A DNA stretch of 64,000 nt, from UHGV virus genome UHGV-0084588; one strand, 5' to 3'. The notes under the pieces were generated by a model. That model worked only from the letters and a program-made list of their open reading frames with translations, was not told where the DNA came from and made no database searches. Numbering within the stretch: the stretch's first letter is position 1; each line of letters begins with the position of its first letter. Shown piece by piece: positions 46,224 to 55,911 of this stretch. Source of the stretch: a virus. The position numbers and the translations under genes are program-made.

Positions 46224-46772
46224 ATGTTAACAGGAATAATAACTCGTTTTAAACAACGGTTAGAGAATAATCGTTTAAAAGCCCTCAGAGAGTCTCTGAA
46301 GCAGGAGTTCCATAAGAACACCCACAACCCCTATGTCAGAGTCTTTACCGGCTTACAATTGCTTACGTTGCCTTTAAACATAAATGAAGAACCCTTTCGC
46401 CCCAGCCTTCGTGGCTTCCTCGAATTGCGTGTTAATAACATTGATCTTGTTTATCAACGTTTAGCATTTCTCATTAACGAATACCAACGAGCAATTAACA
46501 GGAGTTCAATTGAATGGCTACCATTGCCCGATGCTTTAAATAAACGAAACGACTTGGCAGAATACCGATGGCTAGACACTTATTTTGGGACGTCCAGTCC
46601 TGAGGTTGCCGCTTATAAATTGGGTAAATTACTCGCGCTAATTCAACCCTATGAATCGGCGTTCCTTAAACCGGAGTCCGACGAAGACAAAGCGTTGGTA
46701 AACCAAACAGCGCATTTATTCCGGGAGTTGGAAACACTGATCGAACACTACCTTTTAGAACGCCCTATTTAA
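46224..46772 (+). CDS. Hypothetical protein (182 aa)
   Basis: TTAGGAGTGAATT-ATG; preceded by promoter-like motif. Confidence 0.45.
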   Translation: MLTGIITRFKQRLENNRLKALRESLKQEFHKNTHNPYVRVFTGLQLLTLPLNINEEPFRPSLRGFLELRVNNIDLVYQRLAFLINEYQRAINRSSIEWLPLPDALNKRNDLAEYRWLDTYFGTSSPEVAAYKLGKLLALIQPYESAFLKPESDEDKALVNQTAHLFRELETLIEHYLLERPI

Positions 46773-46805
46773 CAAACCAGTAACCCCTTGTAACAAGGTG
46801 ATGTG

Positions 46806-47648
46806 ATGGATAGCAAAAAAGTAAGTGTGGTCGTGGACGCTGAAGACGAACGTGCTGGCGGACCACTTCAAACGCTTTATTGGAATTATAAAGAATTGAT
46901 CGGATGGAAGCCTTCGGATTACAAACTCGCCGTCGCCAAACATATTCTGTCTCCAGAATTTAAAACACGTTCAAAAGCAACGATGGACGATCGAATACAA
47001 CGTATCTCCACGAAGCTGAGTTCAGGTAACATCCCTGCACTACCTGTCGATCTTACCTGGCGAGGTTTTACAGAAGGGTTGGTGATTACCGGAGTGGAAA
47101 CACTGCGGATTTGTGTAACCACTTACCGAGGACACTTCAAAACAAAAACCGTATCTGAAGTTACCACACGCGTGCGTGAAGATCTCGCTCGGGATTTGTT
47201 CGAAGATAACGACGAACGACCTAAGGAGTCTGCAACGGCGCAACTGAACCGTTATTTCCAGAACTGTGGTGAGACCGCAAAGATGATGGTACATCCGTTA
47301 TCTCGGTTAACTTGGACTATCTTCGCAAACATGAAAATGAATGCGGATTGGTGGTACCGTCTTTCCACAAACTTCGTTAACGATCCTGCTAACTGTGAGC
47401 AGACGCCGTCGAAACGAAATGATTTGCGGCACAATATGCAGCACAATCTAAGGTTAAAAAAGAAGTTTTCCTGGAAATGGTTTATGAGGGTACTCAAGGC
47501 AATTGATGTTCGTAGCTTCGAAATCCTTTTGACTTTAAGGCGTCAGAAAGACAATAAGATCTACGAAGTTCAGGTCACGGTAAACCTTGACGAATACCAA
47601 ATTGGAGACCAGAATGAAAATCGACCAAATAACCAGTCAGATAAATAA
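46806..47648 (+). CDS. Hypothetical protein (about 280 aa)
   Basis: ATG at 46806 after AAGGTG; track start 46803 is GTG. Confidence 0.45.
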   Translation: MDSKKVSVVVDAEDERAGGPLQTLYWNYKELIGWKPSDYKLAVAKHILSPEFKTRSKATMDDRIQRISTKLSSGNIPALPVDLTWRGFTEGLVITGVETLRICVTTYRGHFKTKTVSEVTTRVREDLARDLFEDNDERPKESATAQLNRYFQNCGETAKMMVHPLSRLTWTIFANMKMNADWWYRLSTNFVNDPANCEQTPSKRNDLRHNMQHNLRLKKKFSWKWFMRVLKAIDVRSFEILLTLRRQKDNKIYEVQVTVNLDEYQIGDQNENRPNNQSDK

Positions 47649-48888
47649 AGGTCAGTCGGCAATCGATAATTCCGTTAATACGGCAAAGAGCGCCGCAAAC
47701 CGCGTACAAACAACGGTGGAGAATGCGGAGCGTGGTATTAAGAACACGGTCGATAGCGTCAGCCGACTATCAGACCGCGCTGGTGAAACTTTCAACAAAT
47801 TCATTAGCGGCGGCAACGAACTGACCAGCAAAATTGGTAACCTTTTTGGCGGTAGCGATACCGCCAGTGTTGGAGGTAGTAAGACTGCGGGGAGTTCGGC
47901 CTCCGGTGTATCGCCGGGACAAAAGGTTCCCGGTTTTGCATCTAACACCAAAGAAACGCTTCCTGTCCTCGACCCACAAAAGCGTGACGTTTCTGAACCC
48001 TTTAAGAAAAAGGATGAAGATGGCCTAAAAGCGCTAGACTACCTAAGTCCAGGTGGGATGGGGAAGCTGTTAGGTAAAGGGTGGGATAGTATCGGCAGCT
48101 TAACCGACTCCGTTTTATCCGGTATCGGTACTGACTTTAACTCGGTGAAAAAACGTCTCGAAGGGACGATGAACATTGCTGGGCAACTGGCTAAACTCCC
48201 CTCGGAAGTTAGTCAAGAAGTCAACGGGTTTATGTCTGAAGTCAACAGTATGCGTTATCAAATCACCTCGATCGTTGATGACGTACAACATACTTTCGAC
48301 AGCTACAAAGACTTAGACGACTTCTTAGCCATCGATAACCTGATTAACAGCTTTAAAGGCAGCGACAGTTTCTCCACGTTAGACATTAATACCTCTTCAG
48401 CACTGATTTATGGCCTATCTACCAAACTGAACAGTTATGGTTTACCGGCTAAAATCGAACCGATGCTTCAAGCGATTACCGACACACAAGCAAAAGAGGT
48501 ACTGTACGGCGAGTTGATGATTCAGGCGGCAGCGACAGGTAATCTGGATTCAACGGAATACTATCTGGATAAACTCCAACCAGGACAAGGAACCCAGATC
48601 GCAACCACCGTTATCCAAAACCTCATGGCTAACCTTCGGGTTGAACCTGGTGTCAGTTTCAAAACGTATGGTACTCGCCTATTAACGTTATTTAAAGGAT
48701 TAGATGCAAAGTGGGACAAAGCGAAGAACATCACGCCGGAGATGACTGAACTTAAACTTTACACCTACGCGGGCGTAAATGCGATTCAGGCACTACTGAC
48801 CACTGAGAAACGTAATTACGTGATTGCTGCAGGCAGTGTAAGTTACCAGTCTACCGACAAAATCGTGGAAGACTATTTTGCAATTTAA
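47614..48888 (+). CDS. Hypothetical protein with Gly/Ser-rich linker (about 424 aa)
   Basis: ATG at 47614 after GGAG; polar N-terminus then GGSDTASVGGSKTAGSSASG linker. Confidence 0.45.
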   Translation: MKIDQITSQINKGQSAIDNSVNTAKSAANRVQTTVENAERGIKNTVDSVSRLSDRAGETFNKFISGGNELTSKIGNLFGGSDTASVGGSKTAGSSASGVSPGQKVPGFASNTKETLPVLDPQKRDVSEPFKKKDEDGLKALDYLSPGGMGKLLGKGWDSIGSLTDSVLSGIGTDFNSVKKRLEGTMNIAGQLAKLPSEVSQEVNGFMSEVNSMRYQITSIVDDVQHTFDSYKDLDDFLAIDNLINSFKGSDSFSTLDINTSSALIYGLSTKLNSYGLPAKIEPMLQAITDTQAKEVLYGELMIQAAATGNLDSTEYYLDKLQPGQGTQIATTVIQNLMANLRVEPGVSFKTYGTRLLTLFKGLDAKWDKAKNITPEMTELKLYTYAGVNAIQALLTTEKRNYVIAAGSVSYQSTDKIVEDYFAI

Positions 48889-48898
48889 GAGGCCGGTT

Positions 48899-49720
48899 AT
48901 GTCCGAACCACAATTACTGCGTTCCGTATTAAAGAAGATCAAAAGTCAGAGCGAAGACAATCAAGCATTGGCTTTAACGCTGGGTTATCAGCCTGGCCGA
49001 AATAATCCTAATACATACGTTAGCGCGTCGAACATTGTGCTTACTCCTGATGAGCGCTTTGTTTATGTCCTATACCTTCGTCGTTTAGGCTACGTTTGTG
49101 CGTTACCCGAAAAACTCCCTTTTACCGACGGTATTAACCATCTTAATCTTTACTCTAACGGTCGTACTACCGTAGGGAAAATGATCAGTAACTTCTACGC
49201 GCAACCTGACGGTGCTAAATTCGACACAATTCACGGTCAGTTTTTAACGTTGGAAGGTTACTATCATTATTTAAGGATCGTAGACTATCTGTTCTACAAG
49301 GGTTACGGAATAAACGCGTTGGGTCGTTTGGAAACTGAATATCCAGACATTCGTTTATTACGAACCCTGACTGGGGCCGAATGTATACAACGCGGTCGGC
49401 GATTAAAGGCGAGTATCTACGGTGGCACGGATTATCGACCTGGCGAGTTTAGCAATTACGCGAACGGTGCATTTCAAAACGCATTACTGCGTAAGCTCCG
49501 ACTCTTGAAGTTTGACGGAAGTTGCTTAGGTAATGTGTTATCGTACTGCCATTCGATGGGACTACCGTTCTTGCATTACTACGTTATGAACGGTCGGGTT
49601 ATTACACCACCCCATTCAGAATGGCTTCCTAATCTGGTGGTTTCTATTGTAGAAAACATCGACTTTAACGACACAACGTTCGACATTACGAGCGTCAGTG
49701 AAAGTATGGGATTAATCTAA
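48899..49720 (+). CDS. Hypothetical protein (about 273 aa)
   Basis: ATG at 48899 after AAGAGG; track start 48878 is TTG. Confidence 0.45.
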   Translation: MSEPQLLRSVLKKIKSQSEDNQALALTLGYQPGRNNPNTYVSASNIVLTPDERFVYVLYLRRLGYVCALPEKLPFTDGINHLNLYSNGRTTVGKMISNFYAQPDGAKFDTIHGQFLTLEGYYHYLRIVDYLFYKGYGINALGRLETEYPDIRLLRTLTGAECIQRGRRLKASIYGGTDYRPGEFSNYANGAFQNALLRKLRLLKFDGSCLGNVLSYCHSMGLPFLHYYVMNGRVITPPHSEWLPNLVVSIVENIDFNDTTFDITSVSESMGLI

Positions 49721-50379
49721 TGGGATTATTCGATACCCTTGCGCAATTGGAAAAAGCGCAGGAAGAAGAGGTTATTCGCGTTGCAGGCGAATCCATTAAA
49801 CGTGAAGTGGAAAAGGAATATTGCGTTTGGGTAAAACCCACGCAAGCGGGATGGGATTGGCTACACGCACAGTCCACTAAGATGTTCATGGACATTCTCA
49901 TGCCGATAGAAGGTGGGCGTCGTCGTATCCGTATTAAAGAAGAAGGTACAGCACAGCTAACGCTTAAGCGTAAATTCCTGGACGGAAAGGTTGAAGAGAA
50001 TTCGGATATCGGTATTAGTTCTGCACTCTCTTTTTACAAGGACGGTTATTTGGCTCACCTGGTGAAACGTATCCACTTAGAACCTGGCGAATTAGCCGAT
50101 AAAGGCGCTAAGCATTGGGATATTGATATTTTCACTATCACCACCGGTCACCCTGCAATTGAAGTTTCGGCTGACTTTAACGATCTCCTCACCGAGATGC
50201 GTAGTAGTACCAGCGTCGGTGACTGGGTGAAAGTTGAACTGGAAGTCGAGCGTTACGAGATTGCGGATGTGCTGTCTGTAATTCCGTTTGAGTTTGACGG
50301 CCACATTCCGGCTACACCGAAAGATCCTGAAGATCAAGAATATCTTCGCGATTACTGGGATTCAGTTACCCGTATGTAA
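49720..50379 (+). CDS. Hypothetical protein (219 aa)
   Basis: Track ORF, start coupled to the upstream stop; terminator follows. Confidence 0.45.
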   Translation: MGLFDTLAQLEKAQEEEVIRVAGESIKREVEKEYCVWVKPTQAGWDWLHAQSTKMFMDILMPIEGGRRRIRIKEEGTAQLTLKRKFLDGKVEENSDIGISSALSFYKDGYLAHLVKRIHLEPGELADKGAKHWDIDIFTITTGHPAIEVSADFNDLLTEMRSSTSVGDWVKVELEVERYEIADVLSVIPFEFDGHIPATPKDPEDQEYLRDYWDSVTRM

Positions 50380-50384
50380 TACCT

Positions 50385-50425
50385 ACCCTACTCCTAGACA
50401 GGAGTAGGGTATTTTCATTTTTTAC
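50385..50425 (+). terminator. Intrinsic terminator (CCCTACTCC family)
   Basis: ACCCTACTCC-TAGACA-GGAGTAGGGT followed by ATTTTCATTTTTT. Confidence 0.7.
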
Positions 50426-50443
50426 CCTAAAGGAGAAATTACC

Positions 50444-50797
50444 ATGCAAGCTCAGTTTTTTAATACACCCAACGGATTCGGTTTTAGATTCCCTGAATCT
50501 GTTATTGAAGTACCCCTCACACGCGGGGTGCTATTAAAACTACGCACCGTTCTTGCCAGCTTCTCAGGAAAGACTGTGGATATTCGCGTATGGTCAGGCT
50601 CGGGAAGTCCTGGTGGTGTTTTGTTTGTCGATTACAATTGGATTAAAAGAACAGGTTTTCCGCTTGTACGAAAAGTTGAAGCTGTACACGGATTATCCTT
50701 CCACAGTCTACTAGGGGATTTATCGTTTCCTGAAACCGGCGATTATTCTTCTCCTGCGGATGACGAATACCAAATTCATCTTGTTTTGTTGAAATGA
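50444..50797 (+). CDS. Hypothetical protein (117 aa)
   Basis: AAAGGAGAAATTACC-ATG. Confidence 0.4.
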   Translation: MQAQFFNTPNGFGFRFPESVIEVPLTRGVLLKLRTVLASFSGKTVDIRVWSGSGSPGGVLFVDYNWIKRTGFPLVRKVEAVHGLSFHSLLGDLSFPETGDYSSPADDEYQIHLVLLK

Positions 50798-50857
50798 TTT
50801 TTACAGTTGGGAACAGACTTATGTCTCCCAAGACAGCGTTTAAGCGGAGAAACAATT

Positions 50858-51433
50858 ATGCGTGGATATATTCTCGATCTTGCAATTTCTGTAGAAGAAC
50901 TTGTGGAAAAACTCGGCGGTACCGGTCGCGGACTTCATGAGAAGACCAAAAGCATAGCCTATCTTCTCGAACCAAAATACGAACGGAAACTCCACATGAT
51001 TGCTTCCGTTCGCAACAAAGCCTCTCACAGGAGAATTCTTCCCGATCGCATAGACGTCTATGAACAAGCTGTGGAAGAAACGAGGCTCTATTTAGAAGAG
51101 CTGATCAGAAAAATTGAAGAACGGAAACGTCGATATGAAGCGGAAATAAATTCGGCGGAAATAAATACTCGCTATCTAACACGTGAAGAGGCGTGGAGAA
51201 GACTAGCAGACGAGATCAGACGCCATGATAATGATGTGGCGCGTATGGAGGAGTATGCCAGGACAACGGGTATAGACCCGGCTACTACGAAAGAGAAGAA
51301 GAATACAGGCCCGTCTACTACGGAAGAGAAGAAATGGTCTGATTTGACTGTAGTAGAAAAGATAGGTTGGGGTGCCGGTATTGCAATCATGGGAGCTGCG
51401 GTTGCGTACCTTAAAATAAAGTCTCGTGACTAA
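50858..51433 (+). CDS. Tail-anchored membrane protein (about 191 aa)
   Basis: ATG at 50858 after GGAGAA; C-terminal TM GWGAGIAIMGAAVAYL; charged coiled-coil-like middle. Confidence 0.4.
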   Translation: MRGYILDLAISVEELVEKLGGTGRGLHEKTKSIAYLLEPKYERKLHMIASVRNKASHRRILPDRIDVYEQAVEETRLYLEELIRKIEERKRRYEAEINSAEINTRYLTREEAWRRLADEIRRHDNDVARMEEYARTTGIDPATTKEKKNTGPSTTEEKKWSDLTVVEKIGWGAGIAIMGAAVAYLKIKSRD

Positions 51434-51447
51434 ATCGGGTATCGGAA

Positions 51448-51993
51448 ATGAAACAAATACAGTTAACTGATCACGTTAATGCGTTTAAACACTTTCTGGA
51501 TAACGCGGGTATAAAACCCGGCGAACAGACAGACGCATGGACTGCACGTGTTTATGGAAGTATTGGCAAAGTCTGTGAATCCACGACAACACACGACGGG
51601 TTGTTTGTTGCTAAAGCAGTGGGCATCGCCTTGTGGGATATTGCTGCTCTAGTTTACGTGATGAATAACGGGGATTTACGTCCCCTTGAAAAATCGCTAC
51701 ACCGACTACTAGCCATTAAGAAATGGAAAAACGAACATCCTGAGTCAATCGCGGTTACGTTGATGCCAGAAGCGGTACTTGCTATCAAAGCGGTACGAAG
51801 TTGTACCGCTCGCGCACAAATGGAGCGGCGTCTACATCTCGCGACGCTCTTTTATCAATTGGCCAGAATTGTAAAGATGAACGGCCTAATCTTCGACCGG
51901 GTTCTACAGAACGGACGTATAAGTTGGACAGAAGAACTAAGTAGTTCTCCGTTCTATACAAAACTAAAACTTAAAGACATTTTGAAGGGTTAA
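51448..51993 (+). CDS. Hypothetical protein (181 aa)
   Basis: Track ORF. Confidence 0.4.
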   Translation: MKQIQLTDHVNAFKHFLDNAGIKPGEQTDAWTARVYGSIGKVCESTTTHDGLFVAKAVGIALWDIAALVYVMNNGDLRPLEKSLHRLLAIKKWKNEHPESIAVTLMPEAVLAIKAVRSCTARAQMERRLHLATLFYQLARIVKMNGLIFDRVLQNGRISWTEELSSSPFYTKLKLKDILKG

Positions 51994-51994
51994 C

Positions 51995-52303
51995 ATGGAA
52001 AACTATTCGGGTTGGGCAATTTCGCAGTGCATTGGCTATTCTTTACGTTCTTTAGTGCGTACACTTTATAACAAAAACTCAGGCGAAACTATTACACCAC
52101 AGCTACTGGGCAAATTGGAAGTTGAAGTTAACCACAAATTAAAACAGTTACTCGACAGCCACGTAAGAACAATGCGTTGGGAGTTCTTGCTACGCGGTAA
52201 GAAGCCAACAATTACCGTTGTAGCAGAAGGCAGTGAAATCGTACTGCAGTCCAACGCAGACCTATTTGAAATTTTAACTGAACTCGAAAAGGACAAAATC
52301 TGA
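51995..52303 (+). CDS. Hypothetical protein (102 aa)
   Basis: Track ORF; stop overlaps the thyA start (TGATG). Confidence 0.4.
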   Translation: MENYSGWAISQCIGYSLRSLVRTLYNKNSGETITPQLLGKLEVEVNHKLKQLLDSHVRTMRWEFLLRGKKPTITVVAEGSEIVLQSNADLFEILTELEKDKI

Positions 52304-53337
52304 TGAAACAGTATTTAGCGTTAATGCAAGACATTCTGGATAACGGTGTTGTTAAGAAAGACCGCACAGGTGTAGGGACACTTTCTGTATTCGGCCGTCA
52401 ACTACGTTTTGACCTGAAAGAAGGTTTCCCATTAGTCACTACGAAAAAGGTTCACCTGAAAAGTATCATTCATGAACTGTTGTGGTTCTTAAACGGTGAC
52501 ACTAACGTGAAGTACCTGCAAGAGAACGGGGTAAAAATCTGGAATGCATGGAGTGATGAAGAGGGGAACTTAGGGCCAGTTTATGGTAAACAATGGCGCG
52601 AATGGCGCGACTGTAAAGTTGTGGAGTGCCATGACGTAAGACGTACACAACAACTGATGCAGCGGGGTTACAAGTATATTGGGAATATGAAGGAAGATGG
52701 TACGACGTATTTGGTTTATGAAAAACCACATGACCAGATCAGCAAAGTTATCCAACAACTTCGTGAAGACCCTGACTCCCGCCGTATTATCGTTAGCGCC
52801 TGGAATGTAGGTGACCTGGACGATATGGCACTTAATCCATGCCACAACTATTTCCAATTCTACACAACAGAAATGACGTTGCTTGAACGACTGGATTGGT
52901 ACGAAGCAAATGAACCGGAAAAATTTGCGAACGCGCCACTTATTAATCACGAAGATATTGATGATGAAGAACGACTTCATGAAACTTTAGATCGTGAAGG
53001 TATCCCTCGTCGTAAGCTTTCATGTTTTTACATGATGCGCAGCAACGATGTCGCATTAGGAAAACCGTTCAACATCGCGTCATACGCTCTGTTAACTCAT
53101 ATGGTTGCCCAACAAGTGAATATGGTTCCCGATGAGTTAGTTTATAGTGGGGTCGATGTGCATTTATATCTGAACCACATCGATCAAATAAAACTCCAGT
53201 TGACTCGTGAGCCGTACCCGTTACCTAAATTGGTTATTAAACGTAAACCCGAATCTATCTTCGACTACAAATACGAGGACTTTGAAGTAGTCGGTTACCA
53301 ATCACACCCACACATCGCCATGCCTGTCGCGGTGTAA
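52303..53337 (+). CDS. thyA: Thymidylate synthase (ThyA-type) with two insertions
   Basis: MKQYL..MQ..LD.G...[93 protein letters not shown] match recalled E. coli ThyA almost residue for residue; catalytic Cys in PCH retained. Confidence 0.9.
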   Translation: MKQYLALMQDILDNGVVKKDRTGVGTLSVFGRQLRFDLKEGFPLVTTKKVHLKSIIHELLWFLNGDTNVKYLQENGVKIWNAWSDEEGNLGPVYGKQWREWRDCKVVECHDVRRTQQLMQRGYKYIGNMKEDGTTYLVYEKPHDQISKVIQQLREDPDSRRIIVSAWNVGDLDDMALNPCHNYFQFYTTEMTLLERLDWYEANEPEKFANAPLINHEDIDDEERLHETLDREGIPRRKLSCFYMMRSNDVALGKPFNIASYALLTHMVAQQVNMVPDELVYSGVDVHLYLNHIDQIKLQLTREPYPLPKLVIKRKPESIFDYKYEDFEVVGYQSHPHIAMPVAV

Positions 53338-53366
53338 ACTACCACTTAACTAAAAGGAATGATAAA

Positions 53367-53813
53367 ATGTCTAAAACTCATGTTGACTATAACATCGTAG
53401 TAGAAGAATTATCAAAAGGTTTAACCGATCTGGATTCTAAAGATAATCCGTTTACTGATCGTTATGGTCCCAATGCCTTATCTGAATTTCGTACTATCCG
53501 CTACGGTACAGGCAGGCAGACAGGACTTACAGACTTCGGTGTCGAGTTAGCTAAGAACCATAAAGGGAAGGTGTTATTCGTTAACCCAAAAGGGTTCTTA
53601 GAGGACGATGTGCTATTCCGTTTGGGTCTCGAAGACTTGCCTGAGAATATCACGCAAATCATTGGTTATCAGATGGGTACAGAAAAAGAAAAATACAGTC
53701 TTGTCATTGTAGACGACGCTGGGGTTTTCTTTAGCATGTTCCGTTACATGAAGTTTTTCCGCTTACTAGCAAACTCAGTAACTAAAGACGTCGTAATACA
53801 TTTAATGGGTTAG
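53367..53813 (+). CDS. Hypothetical protein (148 aa)
   Basis: AAAAGGAATGATAAA-ATG. Confidence 0.4.
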   Translation: MSKTHVDYNIVVEELSKGLTDLDSKDNPFTDRYGPNALSEFRTIRYGTGRQTGLTDFGVELAKNHKGKVLFVNPKGFLEDDVLFRLGLEDLPENITQIIGYQMGTEKEKYSLVIVDDAGVFFSMFRYMKFFRLLANSVTKDVVIHLMG

Positions 53814-53832
53814 TTGGCGATAAGGAAAAATT

Positions 53833-54006
53833 ATGTTGGGCGATGTTCTTAATTTCACAATATCGTATTTCGAGCCGAAGAAGTTCCGTACTTTTAACAC
53901 ACGTTATTGTAAAGGGCCGAAAAAAGGGCGTAAACGTTTCCAAGTAATCCAACTTGATTATTCCAAGTTCCTTGAAGCTAACCCATTCGAGAAGGAGGAA
54001 CAATGA
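53833..54006 (+). CDS. Possible small basic protein (57 aa)
   Basis: TAAGGAAAAATT-ATG; Lys/Arg-rich; below the track cutoff. Confidence 0.25.
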   Translation: MLGDVLNFTISYFEPKKFRTFNTRYCKGPKKGRKRFQVIQLDYSKFLEANPFEKEEQ

Positions 54007-54185
54007 AGAAGCCATATTTTCATAACCTCAGATTCTTTACAGGTACTCTATATTTTATTGGCTACAACCGCGTACGTAAGGGACCTGGTAAATCGAAAGT
54101 ACGCACTGTGCAGTATAAAAAGGCAATGACAGCGTCAGTTCCATTACGGATGGGCCTGCTTCTGTCTCACATCCGCCATCGTTAA
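54003..54185 (+). CDS. Small basic protein (60 aa)
   Basis: Strong RBS GAGAAGGAGGAACA-ATG; ATGA overlap with the upstream small ORF. Confidence 0.3.
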   Translation: MKKPYFHNLRFFTGTLYFIGYNRVRKGPGKSKVRTVQYKKAMTASVPLRMGLLLSHIRHR

Positions 54186-54227
54186 ATCAAAACTGCTAAC
54201 ACCTTTGTAAGAAATTTGGGAACTAAA

Positions 54228-54371
54228 ATGACTGAAGAAGTTAAAGTAGAAACCGTTAAAGAAACTGATGAATTTGCAATCCCTGGCTTAGACCCGGAAG
54301 CGACCGTAGAGAAGGGAGCCGACCCGACCACGGAAGACGATAACTGCTCAGGCGGGGCTTGCAAAATTTAA
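54228..54371 (+). CDS. Possible 47-aa acidic peptide ending CSGGACKI
   Basis: GGGAACTAAA-ATG; MTEEVKVETVKETDEFAIPGLDPEATVEKGADPTTEDDNCSGGACKI; followed directly by terminator 54379..54418; preferred over the antisense 60-aa track ORF. Confidence 0.3.
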   Translation: MTEEVKVETVKETDEFAIPGLDPEATVEKGADPTTEDDNCSGGACKI

Positions 54372-54378
54372 CAGTTCC

Positions 54379-54418
54379 TGGGGTGCTTATGTAGCACCCC
54401 TAATCCTTATTCTTTTTT
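54379..54418 (+). terminator. Intrinsic terminator
   Basis: GGGGTGCT-TATGT-AGCACCCC followed by a T-rich tract. Confidence 0.65.
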
Positions 54419-54441
54419 TGTTTAAACTAATGGAGTTTAAA

Positions 54442-55275
54442 ATGGGCGAACGTTTTGACATCAACACTATTTACAACATCGTAGTTAATCCTGGTCAGCA
54501 CCTGGAAGAAGTTAACGCGCAACTGCGCGCTCTGAATGAGAATTCAGTACAGTTCGACGCTATTTACACAATTGGTGTAAACCCTAGTACCAACCGTATT
54601 CGTGTAGAAGGTAAACGCCACACCGGTAATCAAGAACTGGATATTGAAACGATTGTAGCGCCTATTAAGCTTACCGATGCCGTTTATAACGGTACGGTAA
54701 TGCATACAGAATCTGTTCTAGTTTGCACGATCGCAAAATGTGTAAAACTCGTTAAAGGTTGGTCTAAAGAACGTGGTATCCTTGACAACGGTAAAGTGGA
54801 AACACAAATCACGAAGTTCTTTGAAGAGTTTGGTGAAATCGCAACAGGTATCAGTAAAAACAAACCTGAACTGATCATGGATGGTATTGGTGATGCGTTG
54901 GTGGTTCTGGTAAACATCATCGAATTAGGGGATGCGTATTCTGGTCACCTTACAGTGGCAGAAGACTGCATCGAGTCTGGTCTACGCTTAAACGTGGAAG
55001 ATGTAGCTGAAGTTGAAGAAAATTTAAACAACGCTGGATACCCACATCAACAATACCTTCGCGCTATTGAAAGTTTTGCCACAACCTTTATGGAAGGTAA
55101 AGATCATGGTTTCGATTTCGTTAGCCTGGGTTTAGCCCATCTTGCTCGTATCGCCTTGTATTATAAACTGGATATTCGTCATTGCTTCTCTTTAGCCTGG
55201 CATGAAATCAAAGACCGTAAAGGCTATCTGAACGCCGACGGCATCTTTGTAAAAGAAGCAGACTTGGCGAAATAA
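54442..55275 (+). CDS. MazG-like NTP pyrophosphohydrolase (putative), with N-terminal extension
   Basis: EEFGEIATGI...DGIGDALVVLVNIIELGD resembles the MazG EExxE...EExGD metal-binding helix pair; ATG at 54442 after GGAG. Confidence 0.45.
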   Translation: MGERFDINTIYNIVVNPGQHLEEVNAQLRALNENSVQFDAIYTIGVNPSTNRIRVEGKRHTGNQELDIETIVAPIKLTDAVYNGTVMHTESVLVCTIAKCVKLVKGWSKERGILDNGKVETQITKFFEEFGEIATGISKNKPELIMDGIGDALVVLVNIIELGDAYSGHLTVAEDCIESGLRLNVEDVAEVEENLNNAGYPHQQYLRAIESFATTFMEGKDHGFDFVSLGLAHLARIALYYKLDIRHCFSLAWHEIKDRKGYLNADGIFVKEADLAK

Positions 55276-55284
55276 ACAAAAGCA

Positions 55285-55330
55285 CCTACCTCCGAAAGGA
55301 GGTAGGTTAACTTTCTTATTTTTTTCTTTT
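55285..55330. terminator. Bidirectional intrinsic terminator
   Basis: CCTACCTCC-GAAA-GGAGGTAGG followed by a long T tract, between convergent genes. Confidence 0.7.
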
Positions 55331-55331
55331 T

Positions 55332-55895
55332 TTAAGCGCCTGGAACAATCCCAGAAGAGATATACGTTAAACCGTCAAGTTCGGTGACTTTAATCAACTT
55401 CGAAATATCCTTACCGTCGGACGGCAGCTCTGTTAAGTACACCTCCAGCCGACCTGTCCACGCCAAAGATCTCCCATTCATGATAATGATGGTTTTATCT
55501 CTGCTGTCCGGTGCAGCTGTTGGGTTCTCAACTTCGTCGTCGGTAATCTGTAAATTGTACTTGGTGCGAAAAAGCTGTAGTACCTCAGATACCGTAGCCG
55601 CACTAACACCCGCAACAGAAACTACAAAGTCACCTAAGAGGTGCTCTAGATCCAATCGACGATAAATAACATCGATTTTACCAAACGTTTTCTGTTCAAT
55701 AATTCCCTGGACGCTAAGTTGGGTATTTAATCGCGTAAATTGAGTTTCTGGTGTTTCTACCGCAGGAATATGTGACGGTGTGCCAAAATTCAACTTATCG
55801 ATTGTAATACCTTTCTCTACCAAACCAGGATTCTTTTTTACTAATAACTCATAAACCAGTTGTTTTCCTGATTTACCTAATAGCGTATTAGCCAT
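55332..55895 (-). CDS. Hypothetical protein (187 aa), probably virion-associated
   Basis: Track ORF directly downstream of the two large minus-strand genes. Confidence 0.5.
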   Translation of the reverse strand: MANTLLGKSGKQLVYELLVKKNPGLVEKGITIDKLNFGTPSHIPAVETPETQFTRLNTQLSVQGIIEQKTFGKIDVIYRRLDLEHLLGDFVVSVAGVSAATVSEVLQLFRTKYNLQITDDEVENPTAAPDSRDKTIIIMNGRSLAWTGRLEVYLTELPSDGKDISKLIKVTELDGLTYISSGIVPGA

Positions 55896-55911
55896 TATTT
55901 CCTCTCAAACA

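Noticed and set aside
52303-53337. Intein or intron in thyA (by analogy to the T4 td intron)
   Set aside because: Reading frame is continuous and the two inserted segments (about 40-45 aa) are far too short for inteins and lack their block motifs; no interruption of the ORF suggests an intron.
54182-54364. 60-aa minus-strand track ORF
   Set aside because: Antisense to a better-supported plus-strand peptide ORF with RBS and a downstream terminator; low-complexity translation.
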